In this document: piece by piece, positions 15,624-35,095 of the stretch | How positions within the stretch are numbered: position 1 is the stretch's first letter | Layout: each line of letters opens with the position of its first letter | Translations under genes and position numbers: made by a program | Source: the human T2T-CHM13v2.0 reference genome, Homo sapiens | Strand: one strand, 5' to 3' | DNA: 64,000 nucleotides | NCBI RefSeq assembly: GCF_009914755.1 | Contig: NC_060943.1 | The notes under the pieces: generated by a model | Told to the model about the DNA's origin: nothing | Database searches by the model: none | The model's input: only the letters and a program-made list of their open reading frames with translations

Positions 15624-15657
15624 GGGGACTGTGGTGGGGTCGGGGGAGGGGGGAGGG
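15624..15657 (+). other. G-rich polypurine tract of the L1 3'UTR (G-quadruplex-capable)
   Basis: ggggactgtggtggggtcgggggaggggggaggg is a standard L1HS 3'UTR element. It is repeated at 20252-20285. Confidence 0.75.
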
Positions 15658-15807
15658 ATAGCATTGGGAGATATGCCTAATGCTAGATGACACATTAGTG
15701 GGTGCAGCGCACCAGCATGGCACATGTATACATATGTAACTAACCTGCACAATGTGCACATGTACCCTAAAACTTAGAGTATAATAAAAAAAAAAAAAAA
15801 AAGAAAA

Positions 15808-15821
15808 AAAAAGGAAATATC
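15808..15821 (+). repeat. Right TSD of L1 copy 1
   Basis: aaaaaggaaatatc follows the poly(A), and ttcctgggaaaaatagacg then resumes the HOR. Confidence 0.9.
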
Positions 15822-20208
<4,387 letters not shown>

Positions 20209-20414
20209 ACAATGAGATCACATGGACACAGGAAGGGGAATATCACACTCTGGGGACTGTGGTGGGGTCGGGGGAGGGGGGAGGGATAGCATTGGGAGAT
20301 ATACCTAATGCTAGATGACACATTAGTGGGTGCAGCGCACCAGCATGGCACATGTATACATATGTAACTAACCTGCACAATGTGCACATGTACCCTAAAT
20401 CTTAGAGTATAATT

Positions 20415-20438
<24 letters not shown>

Positions 20439-20445
<7 letters not shown>

Positions 20446-20452
20446 AAATATC
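20439..20452 (+). repeat. Right TSD of L1 copy 2
   Basis: aaaaaggaaatatc follows the poly(A), then ttcctggg. Confidence 0.9.
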
Positions 20453-23400
20453 TTCCTGGGAAAAATAGACGAAAGCATTCTCAGAAAGTGCTTTGTGATA
20501 TGTGCATTCGACTAACCGAGTTGAAACTTTTTTTTGATAGAGCAGTTTTGAAACACTCGTAGAATCTGAAAGTGGATATTTGGAGCTCTTTGAGGGCTAT
20601 GGCGGAAAAGAAAATATATTCACATTAAACTAGACAGCAGCATTCTCAGAAACATCTTTAGGATGTTTACAGTAAACTCACAGAGTTTAACATACCTTTC
20701 CGTAGAGCAGCTTTGAAACACTCTGTTTGTGGGATCCGCAAGTGGATATTTGGACCGCTTTGAGACCTTTGCTGGAAATGGGAATATCTTCACATATAAA
20801 CTAGACAGAAGCATTCTCAGAAACTTCTTCGTGATGTGTGCATTCTCCTCCCAAATTTGAATCTTCCTTTTCATGAAGCAGTTTTGAAACACTCCGTTTG
20901 TGTAATCTACAATTGGATAACTGGAAGGCTTTGATGCCCATGGTAGAAAAGGAAATAACCTCATATAAAAACTAGACAGAAGGATTCACAGAAAATGCTT
21001 TGTGATGTGTGCATTCAAATCACGGAGTTGAATCTTTCTTTTGTTAGAGCAGTTTTGAAACACTGTTTCTGTGGAATCTGCCAGCGGACCCTTGGAGCGC
21101 TTTGAGGGCTACGGTGGAGAAGGAAATATCTTCACATAAAAACTAGAAAGAAGCCTTCTCAGAAACATGTATGTGAAGCGTGCATTCAACTCACAGAGTT
21201 GAACCTTCCTTTTGATAGAACAGTTTTGAAACACTCTTTTGAACAATTGCAGGTGAATCTTTGGAGCGCTTTGAAGCCTTTGTTGGAAATGGGAATATCT
21301 TCACACACAAACTAGCCAGAAGTATTCTCAGAAACTTCTTTGTGATGTGTGCGTTGAACCCAGAGAGATGAACCTTTCCTTTGATAGAGCAGTTTTGAAA
21401 CGTGTTTTTGTAAGATCTGCAAGCGGATAATTGGCTTCGCTTTGTGTCCTTTGGTGGAAACGGGAATATCTTCTAATAAAAACTAGACAGAAATATTCTC
21501 AGAATCTTCTTTGTGATGTGGGCATTCAACTAACACAGTTGAACATTTCTTTTCACAGAGCAGTTTTGAAACACTCTTTTGGTGGAATCTGCCAGTGGAT
21601 ATTTGGAGCGCTTTGAGGGCTATTGTGCCAATGCAAATATCTTCCCCTAAAAACTAGACAGAAGCATTCTCAGAAATTGCTTTGTGATGTTGGCATTCAA
21701 CTCACAGAGTTGAACATACCTCTTCATAGAGCAGTTTTGAAAACCTCTTTTTGTAGAATCTGCAAGTGGATATTCGGACCACTTTGAGGCCTTCATAGGA
21801 AACAGTAATATCTTCACATAAAAACTAGATAGAAGCATTGTCAGAAAGTTCTTTGTGATGTGTGAATTCAAATCACAGAGTTGAACCTTCCTTTAATAGA
21901 GCAGTTTTGAAACACTCTTTTTCTAGAATCTGCAAGTAGATATTTGGAGAGCTTTGAGGCCTTCGTTGGAAACCGGAATATCTTCACATAAAAAGTAGAT
22001 AGAGGCATTCTCAGAAACTTTTTTTTGATATGTAGATTCAACTCACAGTGTTGAACCTTTCTTCTGATAGAGCAGTTTTGAAAAACTCTTTTATCGAATC
22101 TGCAAGTAGACATTTGGAGTGCTTTGAGGGCTGTGGTGCAAAAGGAAATGTCTTCCCATACAAACTAGACTGAAGCATTCTCAGCAACTTCTTTGTGACG
22201 TTTGCATTCATCTCACAGTGTTGAACATACCTTTCCATAGAGAAGTTTTGAAACACTAATTTTGTAGAATCTGCAAGTGGATATTTGGACTGCTTTGAGG
22301 CCTTCATCGGAAACGGGAATATCTTCACATAAACACTAGACAGAAGCATTCTCAGAAACTTCTTTGTGATCTGTCCATTCAACTCACAGAGTTGAACCTT
22401 CCTTTTTATGGAGCAGTTTTGAAACACTGTTTTTGGAGAATCTGCAAGTGGATATTTGGAGCGCTTTGAGGCCTATGGTAGAAAAAGAAATATCTGCCTC
22501 TAAAAACTAGACAGAAGCATTCTGAGAAACTTCTTTGTGATGTTTGCATTCAAGTACCAGAGTTGAACCTTCCTTTTGATAGGGCAGTTTGGAAACACTC
22601 TTTTTGTAGAATCTGCATGTGGATATCTGGAGCGATTTGAGGCCTACGGTCAAAAAGGAAATATCTTCCTGGGAAAAATAGACGAAAGCATTCTCAGAAA
22701 CTGCTTTGTGATATGTGCATTCGACTCACCGAGTTGAAACTTTTTTTTGATAGAGCAGTTTTGAAACACTCTGTAGAATCTGAAAGTGGATATTTGGAGC
22801 TCTTTGAGGGCTATGGCGGAAAAGAAAATATATTCACATTAAACTAGAGAGCAGCATTCTCAGAAACATCTTTAGGATGTTTGCAGTAAACTCATAGAGT
22901 TCAACATACCTTTCCGTAGAGCAGCTTTGAAACACTCTGTTTGTGGGATCCGCAAGTGGATATTTGGACCGCTTTGAGACCTTTGCTGGAAATGGGAATA
23001 TCTTCACATATAAACTAGACAGAAGCATTCTCAGAAACTTCTTCGTGATGTGTGCATTCTACTCCCAAATTTGAATCTTCCTTTTCATGAAGCAGTTTTG
23101 AAACACTCCGTTTGTGTAATCTACAATTGGATAACTGGAACGCTTTGATGCCCATTGTAGAAAAGGAAATAACCTCATATAAAAACTAGACAGAAGGATT
23201 CACAGAAAATGCTTTGTGATGTGTGCATTCAAATCACGGAGTTGAATCTTTCTTTTGTTAGAGCAGTTTTGAAACACTGTTTCTGTGGAATCTGCCAGCG
23301 GACACTTGGAGCGCTTTGAGGGCTACGATGGAGAAGGAAATATCTTCACATAAAAACTAGAAAGAAGCCTTCTCAGAAACATGTATGTGAAGCGTGCATT

Positions 23401-26400
23401 CAACTCACAGAGTTGAACCTTCCTTTTGATAGAACAGTTTTGAAACACTCTTTTGAACAATTGCAGGTGAATCTTTGGAGCGCTTTGAAGCCTTTGTTGG
23501 AAATGGGAATATCTTCACACACAAACTAGCCAGAAGTATTCTCAGAAACTTCTTTGTGATGTGTGCGTTGAACCCAGAGAGATGAACCTTTCCTTGGATA
23601 GAGCAGTTTTGAAACGTGTTTTTGTAAGTTCTACAAGCGGATAATTGGCTTCGCTTTGTGTCCTTTGGTGGAAACGGGAATATCTTCTAATAAAAACTAG
23701 ACAGAAATATTCTCAGAATCTTCTTTGTGATGTGGGCATTCAACTAACACAGTTGAACATTTCTTTTCACAGAGCAGTTTTGAAACACTCTTTTGGTGGA
23801 ATCTGCCAGTGGATATTTGGAGCGCTTTGAGTGCTATTGTGCCAATGCAAATATCTTCCCCGAAAAACTAGACAGAAGCATTCTCAGAAATTGCTTTGTG
23901 ATGTTGGCATTCAACTCACAGAGTTGAACATACCTCTTCATAGAGCAGTTTTGAAAACCTCTTTTTGTAGAATCTGCAAGTGGATATTCGGACCACTTTG
24001 AGGCCTTCATAGGAAACAGTAATATCTTCACATAAAAACTAGATAGAAGCATTGTCAGAAAGTTCTTTGTGATGTGTGAATTGAAATCACAGAGTTGAAC
24101 CTTCCTTTAATAGAGCAGTTTTGAAACACTCTTTTTCTAGAATCTGCAAGTAGATATTTGGAGAGCTTTGAGGCCTTCGTTGGATACCGGAATATCTTCA
24201 CATAAAAAGTAGATAGAGGCATTCTCAGAAACTTTTTTTTGATATGTAGATTCAACTCACAGTGTTGAACCTTTCTTCTGATAGAGCAGTTTTGAAAAAC
24301 TCTTTTATCGAATCTGCAAGTAGACATTTGGAGTGCTTTGAGGGCTGTGGTGCAAAAGGAAATGTCTTCCCATAGAAACTAGACTGAAGCATTCTCAGCA
24401 ACTTCTTTGTGACGTTTGCATTCATCTCACAGTGTTGAACATACCTTTCCATAGAGAAGTTTTGAAACACTAATTTTGTAGAATCTGCAAGTGGATATTT
24501 GGACTGCTTTGAGGCCTTCATTGGAAACGGGAATATCTTCACATAAACACTAGACAGAAGCATTCTCAGAAACTTCTTTGTGATCTGTCCATTCAACTCA
24601 CAGAGTTGAACCTTCCTTTTTATGGAGCAGTTTTGAAACACTGTTTTTGGAGAATCTGCAAGTGGATATTTGGAGCGCCTTGAGGCCTATGGTAGAAAAA
24701 GAAATATCTGCCTCTAAAAACTAGACAGAAGCATTCTGAGAAACTTCTTTGTGATGTTTGCATTCATATACCAGAGTTGAACCTTTCTTTTGATAGGGCA
24801 GTTTGGAAACACTCTTTTTGTAGAATCTGCATGTGGATATCTGGAGCGATTTGAGGCCTACGGTCCAAAAGGAAATATCTTCCTGGGAAAAATAGACGAA
24901 AGCATTCTCAGAAACTGCTTTGTGATATGTGCATTCGACTCACCGAGTTGAAACTTTTTTTTGATAGAGCAGTTTTGAAACACTCTGTAGAATCTGAAAG
25001 TGGATATTTGGAGCTCTTTGAGGGCTATGGCGGAAAAGAAAATATATTCACATTAAACTAGACAGCAGCATTCTCAGAAAGTTCTTTAGGATGTTTGCAG
25101 TAAACTCACAGAGTTTAACTTACCTTTCCGTAGAGCAGCTTTGAAACACTCTGTTTGTGGGATCCACAAGTGGATATTTGGACCGCTTTGAGACCTTTGC
25201 TGGAAATGGGAATATCTTCACATATAAACCAGACAGAAGCATTCTCAGAAACTTCTTCATGATGTGTGCATTCTACTCCCAAATTTGAATCTTCCTTTTC
25301 ATGAAGCAGTTTTGAAACACTCCGTTTGTGTAATCTACAATTGGATAATTGGAACGCTTAAATGCCCATGGTAGAAAAGGAAATAACCTCATATAAAAAC
25401 TAGACAGAAGGATTCACAGAAAATGCTTTGTGATGTGTGCATTCAAATCACGGAGTTGAATCTTTCTTTTGTTAGAGTAGTTTTGAAACACTGTTTCTGT
25501 GGAATCTGCCAGCGGACATTTGGAGCGCTTTGAGGGCTACGGTGGAGAAGGAAATATCTTCACATAAAAACTAGAAAGAAGCCTTCTCAGAAACATGTAT
25601 GTGAAGCGTGCATTCAACTCACAGAGTTGAACCTTCCTTTTGATAGAACAGTTTTGAAACACTCTTTTGAACAATTGCAGGTGAATCTTTGGAGCGCTTT
25701 GAAGCCTTTGTTGGAAATGGGAATATCTTCACACACAAACTAGCCAGAAGCATTCTCAGAAACTTCTTTGTGATGTGTGCGTTGAACCCAGAGAGATGAA
25801 CCTTTCCTTTGATAGAGCAGTTTTGAAACGTGTTTTTGTAAGATCTGCAAGCGGATAATTGGCTTCGCTTTGTGTCCTTTGGTGGAAACGGGAATATCTT
25901 CTAATAAAAACTAGACAGAAATATTCTCAGAATCTTCTTTGTGATGTGGGCATTCAACTAACACAGTTGAACATTTCTTTTCACAGAGCAGTTTTGAAAC
26001 ACTCTTTTGGTGGAATCTGCCAGTGGATATTTGGAGCGCTTTGAGGGCTATTGTGCCAACGGAAATATCTTCCCCTAAAAACTAGACAGAAGCATGCTCA
26101 GAAACTGCTTTGTGATGTTGGCATTCAACTCACAGAGTTGAACATACCTCTTCATAGAGCAGTTTTGAAAACCTCTTTTTGTAGAATCTGCAAGTGGATA
26201 TTCGGACCACTTTGAGGCCTTCATAGGAAACAGTAATATCTTCACATAAAAACTAGATAGAAGCATTGTCAGAAAGTTCTTTGTGATGTGTGAATTGAAA
26301 TCACAGAGTTGAACCTTCCTTTAATAGAGCAGTTTTGAAACACTCTTTTTCTAGAATCTGCAAGTAGATATTTGGAGAGCTTTGAGGCCTTCGTTGGAAA

Positions 26401-27150
26401 CCGGAATATCTTCACATAAAAAGTAGATAGAGGCATTCTCAGAAACTTATTTTTGATATGTAGATTCAACTCACAGTGTTGAACCTTTCTTCTGATAGAG
26501 CAGTTTTGAAAAACTCTTTTATCGAATCTGCAAGTAGACATTTGGAGTGCTTTGAGGGCTGTGGTGCAAAAGGAAATGTCTTCGCATACAAACTAGACTG
26601 AAGCATTCTCAGCAACTTCTTTGTGACGTTTGCATTCATCTCACAGTGTTGAACATACCTTTCCATAGAGAAGATTTGAAACACTAATTTTGTAGAATCT
26701 GCAAGTGGATATTTGGACTGCTTTGAGGCCTTCATCGGAAACGGGAATATCTTCACATAAACACTAGACAGAAGCATTCTCAGAAACTTCTTTGTGATCT
26801 GTCCATTCAACTCACAGAGTTGAACCTTCCTTTTTATGGAGCAGTTTTGAAACACTGTTTTTGGAGAATCTGCAAGTGGATATTTGGAGCGCTTTGAGGC
26901 CTATGGTAGAAAAATAAATATCTGCCTCTAAAAACTAGACAGAAGCATTCTGAGAAACTTCTTTGTGATGTTTGCATTCAAATACCAGAGTTGAACCTTC
27001 CTTTTGATAGGGCAGTTTGGAAACATTCTTTTTGTAGAATCTGCATGTGGATATCTGGAGCGATTTGAGGCCTACGGTCAAAAAGGAAATATCTTCCTGG
27101 GAAAAATAGACGAAAGCATTCTCAGAAACTGCTTTGTGATATGTGCATTC
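20453..27150 (+). repeat. 13-mer layer B (about 3 units)
   Basis: Shared variants: agcagctttga, actccgtttg, ggaaataacc, aagccttctc, gatgttggcattc, ggagagcttt, cttctgatag, cactaattttg. Confidence 0.75.
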
Positions 27151-30100
27151 GACTCTCCGAGTTGAAACTTTTTTTTGATAGAGCAGTTTTGAAACACTCT
27201 GTAGAATCTGAAAGTGGATATTTGGAGCTCTTCGAGGGCTATGGCGGAAAAGAAAATATATTCACATTAAACTAGACAGCAGCATTCTCAGAGACTTCTT
27301 TAGGATGTTTGCAGTAAACTCACAGAGTTGAACATACCTTTCCGTAAAGCAGTTTTGAAACCCTCTGTTTGTGGGATCTGCAAGTGGATATTTGGACCGC
27401 TTTGAGACCTCTGCTGGAAATGGGAATATCTTCACATATAAACTAGACAGAAGCATTCTCAGAAACTTCTTCGTGATGTGTGCATTCTACTCCCAAATTT
27501 GAATCTTCCTTTTCATGAAGCAGTTTTGAAACACTCTATTTGTGCATTCTACAATTGGATGATTGGAACGCTTTGATGCCCATGGTGGAAAAGGAAATAT
27601 CCTCATATAAAAACTAGACAGAAGGATTCACAGAAAATGCTTTGTGATGTGTGCATTCAAATCACGGAGTTGAATCTTTCTTTTGTTAGAGCAGTTTTGA
27701 AACACTGTTTCTGTGGAATCTGCCAGCGGACACTAGGAGCGCTTTGAGGGCTACGGTGGAGAAGGAAATATCTTCACACAAAAACTAAAAAGAAGCATTC
27801 TCAGAAACATTTATGTGAAGCGTGCATTCAACTCACAGAGTTGAACCTTCCTTTTGATACAACAGTTTTGAAACACTCTTTTGAACAATTGCAGGTGAAT
27901 CCTTGGAGCGCTTTGAAGCCTTTGTTGGAAATGGGAATATCTTCACACACAAACTAGCCAGAAGCATTCTCAGAAACTTCTTTGTGATGTGTGCGTTGAA
28001 CCCAGAGAGATTAACCTTTCCTTTGATAGAGCAGTTTTGAAACGTGTTTTTGTAAGATCTGCAAGCGGATAATTGGCTTCGCTTTGTGTCCTTTGTTGGA
28101 AACGGGAATATCTTCTAATAAAAACTAGACAGAGATATTCTCAGAAACTTCTTTGTGATGTGGGCATTCAACTAACACAGTTGAACATTTCTTTTCACAG
28201 AGCAGTTTTGAAACACTCTTTTGGTCGAATCTGCCAGTGGATATTTGGAGCGCTTTGAGGGCTATTGTGCCAATGGAAATATCTGCCCCTAAAAACTAGA
28301 CAGAAGCATTCTCAGAAACTGCTTTGTGATGTTTGCATTCAACTCGCAGAGTTGTACATACCTTTACATAGAGCAGTTTTGAAAACCTCTTTTTGTAGAA
28401 TCTGCAAGAGGATATTCGGACCACTTTGAGGCCTTCATAGGAAACAGTAATATGTTCACATAAAAACTAGATAGAAGCATTGTCAGAAAGTTCTTTGGGA
28501 TGTGTGAATTCAACTCACAGAGTTGAACCTTCCTTTAATAGAGCAGTTTTGAAACACTCTTTTTCTAGAATCTGCAAGTAGATATTTGGAGCGCTTTCAG
28601 GCCTTCTTTGGAAACCGGAATATCTTCACATAAAAAGTAGATAGAGGCATGCTCAGAAACTTTTTTGTCATATGTAGATTCAACTCACAGCGTTGAACCT
28701 TTCTTTTGATAGAGCAGTTTTGAAAAACTCTTTTATCGAATCTGCAAGTAGACATTTGGAGTGCTTTGAGGGCTGTGGTGCAAAAGGAAATGTCTTCCCA
28801 TAGAAACTAGACTGAATCATTCTCAGCAACTTCTTGGTGACGTTTGCATTCATCTCACAGTGTTGAACATACCTTTGCATAGAGTAGTTTTGAAACACTA
28901 TTTTTGTAGAATCTGCAAGTGGACATTTGGACTGCTTTGAGGCCTTCATCGGAAACGGGAATATCTTCACATAAACACTAGACAGAAGCATTCTCAGAAA
29001 CTTCTTTGTGATCTGTCCGTTCAACTCACAGAGTTGAACCTTCCTTTTTATGGAGCAGTTTTGAAACACTGTTTGTGGAGAATCTGCAAGTGGATATTTG
29101 GAGCGCCTTGAGGCCAATGGTAGAAAAAGAAATATCTGCCTCTAAATACTAGACTGAAGCATTCTGAGAAACTTCTTTGTGATGTTTGCATTCAACTACC
29201 AGAGTTGAACCTTCCTTTTGATAGGGCAGTTTGGAAACACTCTTTTTGTAGAATCTGCATGTGGATATCTGGAGCGATTTGAGGCCTACGGTCAAAAAGG
29301 AAATATCTTCCTGGGAAAAATAGACGAAAGCATTCTCAGAAACTGCTTTGTGATATGTGCATTCGACTCTCCGAGTTGAAACTTTTTTTTGATAGAGCAG
29401 TTTTGAAACACTCTGTAGAATCTGAAAGTGGATATTTGGAGCTCTTCGAGGGCTATGGCGGAAAAGAAAATATATTCACATTAAACTAGACAGCAGCATT
29501 CTCAGAGACTTCTTTAGGATGTTTGCAGTAAACTCACAGAGTTGAACATACCTTTCCGTAAAGCAGTTTTGAAACCCTCTGTTTGTGGGATCTGCAAGTG
29601 GATATTTGGACCGCTTTGAGACCTTTGCTGGAAATGGGAATATCTTCACATATAAACTAGACAGAAGCATTTTCAGAAACTTCTTCGTGATGTGTGCATT
29701 CTACTCCCAAATTTGAATCTTCCTTTTCATGAAGCAGTTTTGAAACACTCTATTTGTGCATTCTACAATTGGATGATTGGAACGCTTTGATGCCCATGGT
29801 AGAAAAGGAAATATCCTCATATAAAAACTAGACAGAAGGATTCACAGAAAATGCTTTGTGATGTGTGCATTCAAATCACGGAGTTGAATCTTTCTTTTGT
29901 TAGAGCAGTTTTGAAACACAGTTTCTGTGGAATCTGCCAGCGGACACTTGGAGCGCTTTGAGGGCTACGGTGGAGAAGGAAATATCTTCACATAAAAACT
30001 AGAAAGAAGCATTCTCAGAAACATTTATGTGAAGCGTGCATTCAACTCACAGAGTTGAACCTTCCTTTTGATAGAACAGTTTTGAAACACTCTTTTGAAC

Positions 30101-31689
30101 AATTGCAGGTGAATCTTTGGAGCGCTTTGAAGCCTTTGTTGGAAATGGGAATATCTTCACACACAAACCAGCCAGAAGCATTCTCAGAAACTTCTTTGTG
30201 ATGTGTGCGTTGAACCCAGAGAGATGAACCTTTCCTTTGATAGAGCAGTTTTGAAACGTGTTTTTGTAAGATCTGCAAGCGGATAATTGGCTTCGCTTTG
30301 TGTCCTTTGTTGGAAACGGGAATATCTTCCAATAAAAACTAGACAGAGATATTCTCAGAAACTTCTTTGTGATGTGGGCATTCAACTAACACAGTTGAAC
30401 ATTTCTTTTCACAGAGCAGTTTTGAAACACTCTTTTGGTCGAATCTGCCAGTGGATATTTGGAGCGCTTTGAGGGCTATTGTGCCAATGGAAATATCTGC
30501 CCCTAAAAACTAGACAGAAGCATTCTCAGAAACTGCTTTGTGATGTTTGCATTCAACTCACAGAGTTGAACATACCTTTTCATAGAGCAGTTTTGAAAAC
30601 CTCTTTTTGTAGAATCTGCAAGTGGATATTCGGACCAGTTTGAGGCCTTCATAGGAAACAGTAATATCTTCACATAAAAACTAGATAGAAGCATTGTCAG
30701 AAAGTTCTTTGTGATGTGTGAAATCAACTCACAGAGTTGAACCTTCCTTTAATAGAGCAGTTTTGAAACACTCTTTTTCTAGAATCTGCAAGTAGATATT
30801 TGGAGCGCTTTGAGGCCTTCTTTGGAAACCGGAATATCTTCACATAAAAAGTAGATAGAGGCATGCTCAGAAACTTTTCTGTCATATGTAGATTCAACTC
30901 ACAGCGTTGAACCTTTCTTTTGATAGAGCAGTTTTGAAAAACTCTTTTATCGAATCTGCAAGTAGACATTTGGAGTGCTTTGAGGGCTGTGGTGCAAAAG
31001 GAAATGTCTTCCCGTAGAAACTAGACTGAATCATTCTCAGCAACTTCTTGGTGACGTTTGCATTCATCTCACAGTGTTGAACATACCTTTGCATAGATTA
31101 GTTTTGAAACACTGTTTTTGTAGAATCTGCAAGTGGACATTTGGACTGCTTTGAGGCCTTCATCGGAAACGGGAATATCTTCACATAAACACTAGACAGA
31201 AGCATTCTCAGAAACTTCTTTGTGATCTGTCCATTCAACTCACAGAGTTGAACCTTCCTTTTTATGGAGCAGTTTTGAAACACTGTTTGTGGAGAATCTG
31301 CAAGTGGATATTTGGAGCGCCTTGAGGCCAATGGTAGAAAAAGAAATATCTGCCTCTAAATACTAGACTGAAGCATTCTGAGAAACTTCTTTGTGATGTT
31401 TGCATTCAACTACCAGAGTTGAACCTTCCTTTTGATAGGGCAGTTTGGAAACACTCTTTTTGTAGAATCTGCATGTGGATATCTGGAGCGATTTGAGGCC
31501 TACGGTCAAAAAGGAAATATCTTCCTGGGAAAAATAGACGAAAGCATTCTCAGAAACTGCTTTGTGATATGTGCATTCGACTCTCCGAGTTGAAACTTTT
31601 TTTTGATAGAGCAGTTTTGAAACACTCTGTAGAATCTGAAAGTGGATATTTGGAGCTCTTCGAGGGCTATGGCGGAAAAGAAAATATAT

Positions 31690-34600
31690 TCACATTAAAC
31701 TAGACAGCAGCATTCTCAGAGACTTCTTTAGGATGTTTGCAGTAAACTCACAGAGTTGAACATACCTTTCCGTAAAGCAGTTTTGAAACCTTCTGTTTGT
31801 GGGATCTGCAAGTGGATATTTGGACCGCTTTGAGACCTTTGCTGGAAATGGGAATATCTTCACATATAAACTAGACAGAAGCATTCTCAGAAACTTCTTT
31901 GTGATGTGTGCGTTGAACCCAGAGAGATGAACCTTTCCTTTGATAGAGCAGTTTTGAAACGTGTTTTTGTAAGATCTGCAAGCGGATAATTGGCTTCGCT
32001 TTGTGTCCTTTGGTGGAAACGGGAATATCTTCTAATAAAAACTAGACAGAGATATTCTCAGAAACTTCTTTGTGATGTGGGCATTCAACTAACACAGTTG
32101 AACATTTCTTTTCACAGAGCAGTTTTGAAACACTCTTTTGGTCGAATCTGCCAGTGGATATTTGGAGCGCTTTGAGGGCTATTGTGCCAATGGAAATATC
32201 TGCCCCTAAAAACTAGACAGAAGCATTCTCAGAAACTGCTTTGTGATGTTTGCATTCAACTCACAGAGTTGAACATACCTTTTCATAGAGCAGTTTTGAA
32301 AACCTCTTTTTGTAGAATCTGCAAGAGGATATTCGGACCACTTTGAGGCCTTCATAGGAAACAGTAATATCTTCACATAAAAACTAGATGGAAGCATTGT
32401 CAGAAAGTTCTTTGTGATGTGTGAATTCAACTCACAGAGTTGAACCTTCCTTTAATAGAGCAGTTTTGAAACACTCTTTTTCTAGAATCTGCAAGTCGAT
32501 ATTTGGAGCGCTTTGAGGCCTTCTTTGGAAACCGGAATATCTTCACATAAAAAGTAGATAGAGGCATGCTCAGAAACTTTTATGTCATATGTAGATTCAA
32601 CTCACAGCGTTGAACCTTTCTTTTGATAGAGCAGTTTTGAAAAACTCTTTTATCGAATCTGCAAGTAGACATTTGGAGTGCTTTGAGGGCTCTGGTGCAA
32701 AAGGAAATGTCTTCCCATAGAAACTAGACTGAATCATTCTCAGCAACTTCTTGGTGACGTTTGCATTCATCTCACAGTGTTGAACATACCTTTGCATAGA
32801 GTAGTTTCGAAACACTATTTTTGTAGAATCTGCAAGTGGACATTCGGACTGCTTTGAGGCCTTCATCGGAAACGGGAATATCTTCACATAAACACTAGAC
32901 AGAAGCATTCTCAGAAACTTCTTTGTGATCTGTCCATTCAACTCACAGAGTTGAACCTTCCTTTTTATGGAGCAGTTTTGAAACACTGTTTGTGGAGAAT
33001 CTGCAAGTGGATATTTGGAGCGCCTTGAGGCCAATGGTAGAAAAAGAAATATCTGCCTCTAAATACTAGACTGAAGCATTCTGAGAAACTTCTTTGTGAT
33101 GTTTGCATTCAACTACCAGAGTTGAACCTTCCTTTTGATAGGGCAGTTTGGAAACACTCTTTTTGTAGAATCTGCATGTGGATATCTGGAGCGATTTGAG
33201 GCCTACGGTCAAAAAGGAAATATCTTCCTGGGAAAAATAGACGAAAGCATTCTCAGAAACTGCTTTGTGATATGTGCATTCGACTCTCCGAGTTGAAACT
33301 TTTTTTTGATAGAGCAGTTTTGAAACACTCTGTAGAATCTGAAAGTGGATATTTGGAGCTCTTCGAGGGCTATGGCGGAAAAGAAAATATATTCACATTA
33401 AACTAGACAGCAGCATTCTCAGAGACTTCTTTAGGATGTTTGCAGTAAACTCACAGAGTTGAACATACCTTTCCGTAAAGCAGTTTTGAAACCTTCTGTT
33501 TGTGGGATCTGCAAGTGGATATTTGGACCGCTTTGAGACCTTTGCTGGAAATGGGAATATCTTCACATATAAACTAGACAGAAGCATTCTCAGAAACTTC
33601 TTTGTGATGTGTGCGTTGAACCCAGAGAGATGAACCTTTCCTTTGATAGAGCAGTTTTGAAACGTGTTTTTGTAAGATCTGCAAGCGGATAATTGGCTTC
33701 GCTTTGTGTCCTTTGGTGGAAACGGGAATATCTTCTAATAAAAACTAGACAGAGATATTCTCAGAAACTTCTTTGTGATGTGGGCATTCAACTAACACAG
33801 TTGAACATTTCTTTTCACAGAGCAGTTTTGAAACACTCTTTTGGTCGAATCTGCCAGTGGATATTTGGAGCGCTTTGAGGGCTATTGTGCCAATGGAAAT
33901 ATCTGCCCCTAAAAACTAGACAGAAGCATTCTCAGAAACTGCTTTGTGATGTTTGCATTCAACTCACAGAGTTGAACATACCTTTTCATAGAGCAGTTTT
34001 GAAAACCTCTTTTTGTAGAATCTGCAAGAGGATATTCGGACCACTTTGAGGCCTTCATAGGAAACAGTAATATCTTCACATAAAAACTAGATGGAAGCAT
34101 TGTCAGAAAGTTCTTTGTGATGTGTGAATTCAACTCACAGAGTTGAACCTTCCTTTAATAGAGCAGTTTTGAAACACTCTTTTTCTAGAATCTGCAAGTC
34201 GATATTTGGAGCGCTTTGAGGCCTTCTTTGGAAACCGGAATATCTTCACATAAAAAGTAGATAGAGGCATGCTCAGAAACTTTTTTGTCATATGTAGATT
34301 CAACTCACAGCGTTGAACCTTTCTTTTGATAGAGCAGTTTTGAAAAACTCTTTTATCGAATCTGCAAGTAGACATTTGGAGTGCTTTGAGGGCTGTGGTG
34401 CAAAAGGAAATGTCTTCCCATAGAAACTAGACTGAAGCATTCTCAGCAACTTCTTGGTGACGTTTGCATTCATCTCACAGTGTTGAACATACCTTTGCAT
34501 AGAGTAGTTTCGAAACACTATTTTTGTAGAATCTGCAAGTGGACATTTGGACTGCTTTGAGGCCTTCATCGGAAACGGGAATATCTTCACATAAACACTA

Positions 34601-35095
34601 GACAGAAGCATTCTCAGAAACTTCTTTGTGATCTGTCCATTCAACTCACAGAGTTGAACCTTCCTTTTTATGGAGCAGTTTTGAAACACTGTTTGTGGAG
34701 AATCTGCAAGTGGATATTTGGAGCGCCTTGAGGCCAATGGTAGAAAAAGAAATATCTGCCTCTAAATACTAGACTGAAGCATTCTGAGAAACTTCTTTGT
34801 GATGTTTGCATTCAACTACCAGAGTTGAACCTTCCTTTTGATAGGGCAGTTTGGAAACACTCTTTTTGTAGAATCTGCATGTGGATATCTGGAGCGATTT
34901 GAGGCCTACGGTCAAAAAGGAAATATCTTCCTGGGAAAAATAGACGAAAGCATTCTCAGAAACTGCTTTGTGATATGTGCATTCGACTCTCCGAGTTGAA
35001 ACTTTTTTTTGATAGAGCAGTTTTGAAACACTCTGTAGAATCTGAAAGTGGATATTTGGAGCTCTTCGAGGGCTATGGCGGAAAAGAAAATGTAT
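31690..35095 (+). repeat. Two tandem 10-mer variants of the 13-mer (1703 bp each; monomers 2-4 deleted)
   Basis: Marker spacing 31690>33393>35096 is 1703 each. Deletion junctions are at 31876-31899 and 33579-33602. Confidence 0.92.

Noticed and set aside
15781-15821. 3' transduction after the L1
   Set aside because: Only an A tract with one G lies between the 3'UTR and the TSD.
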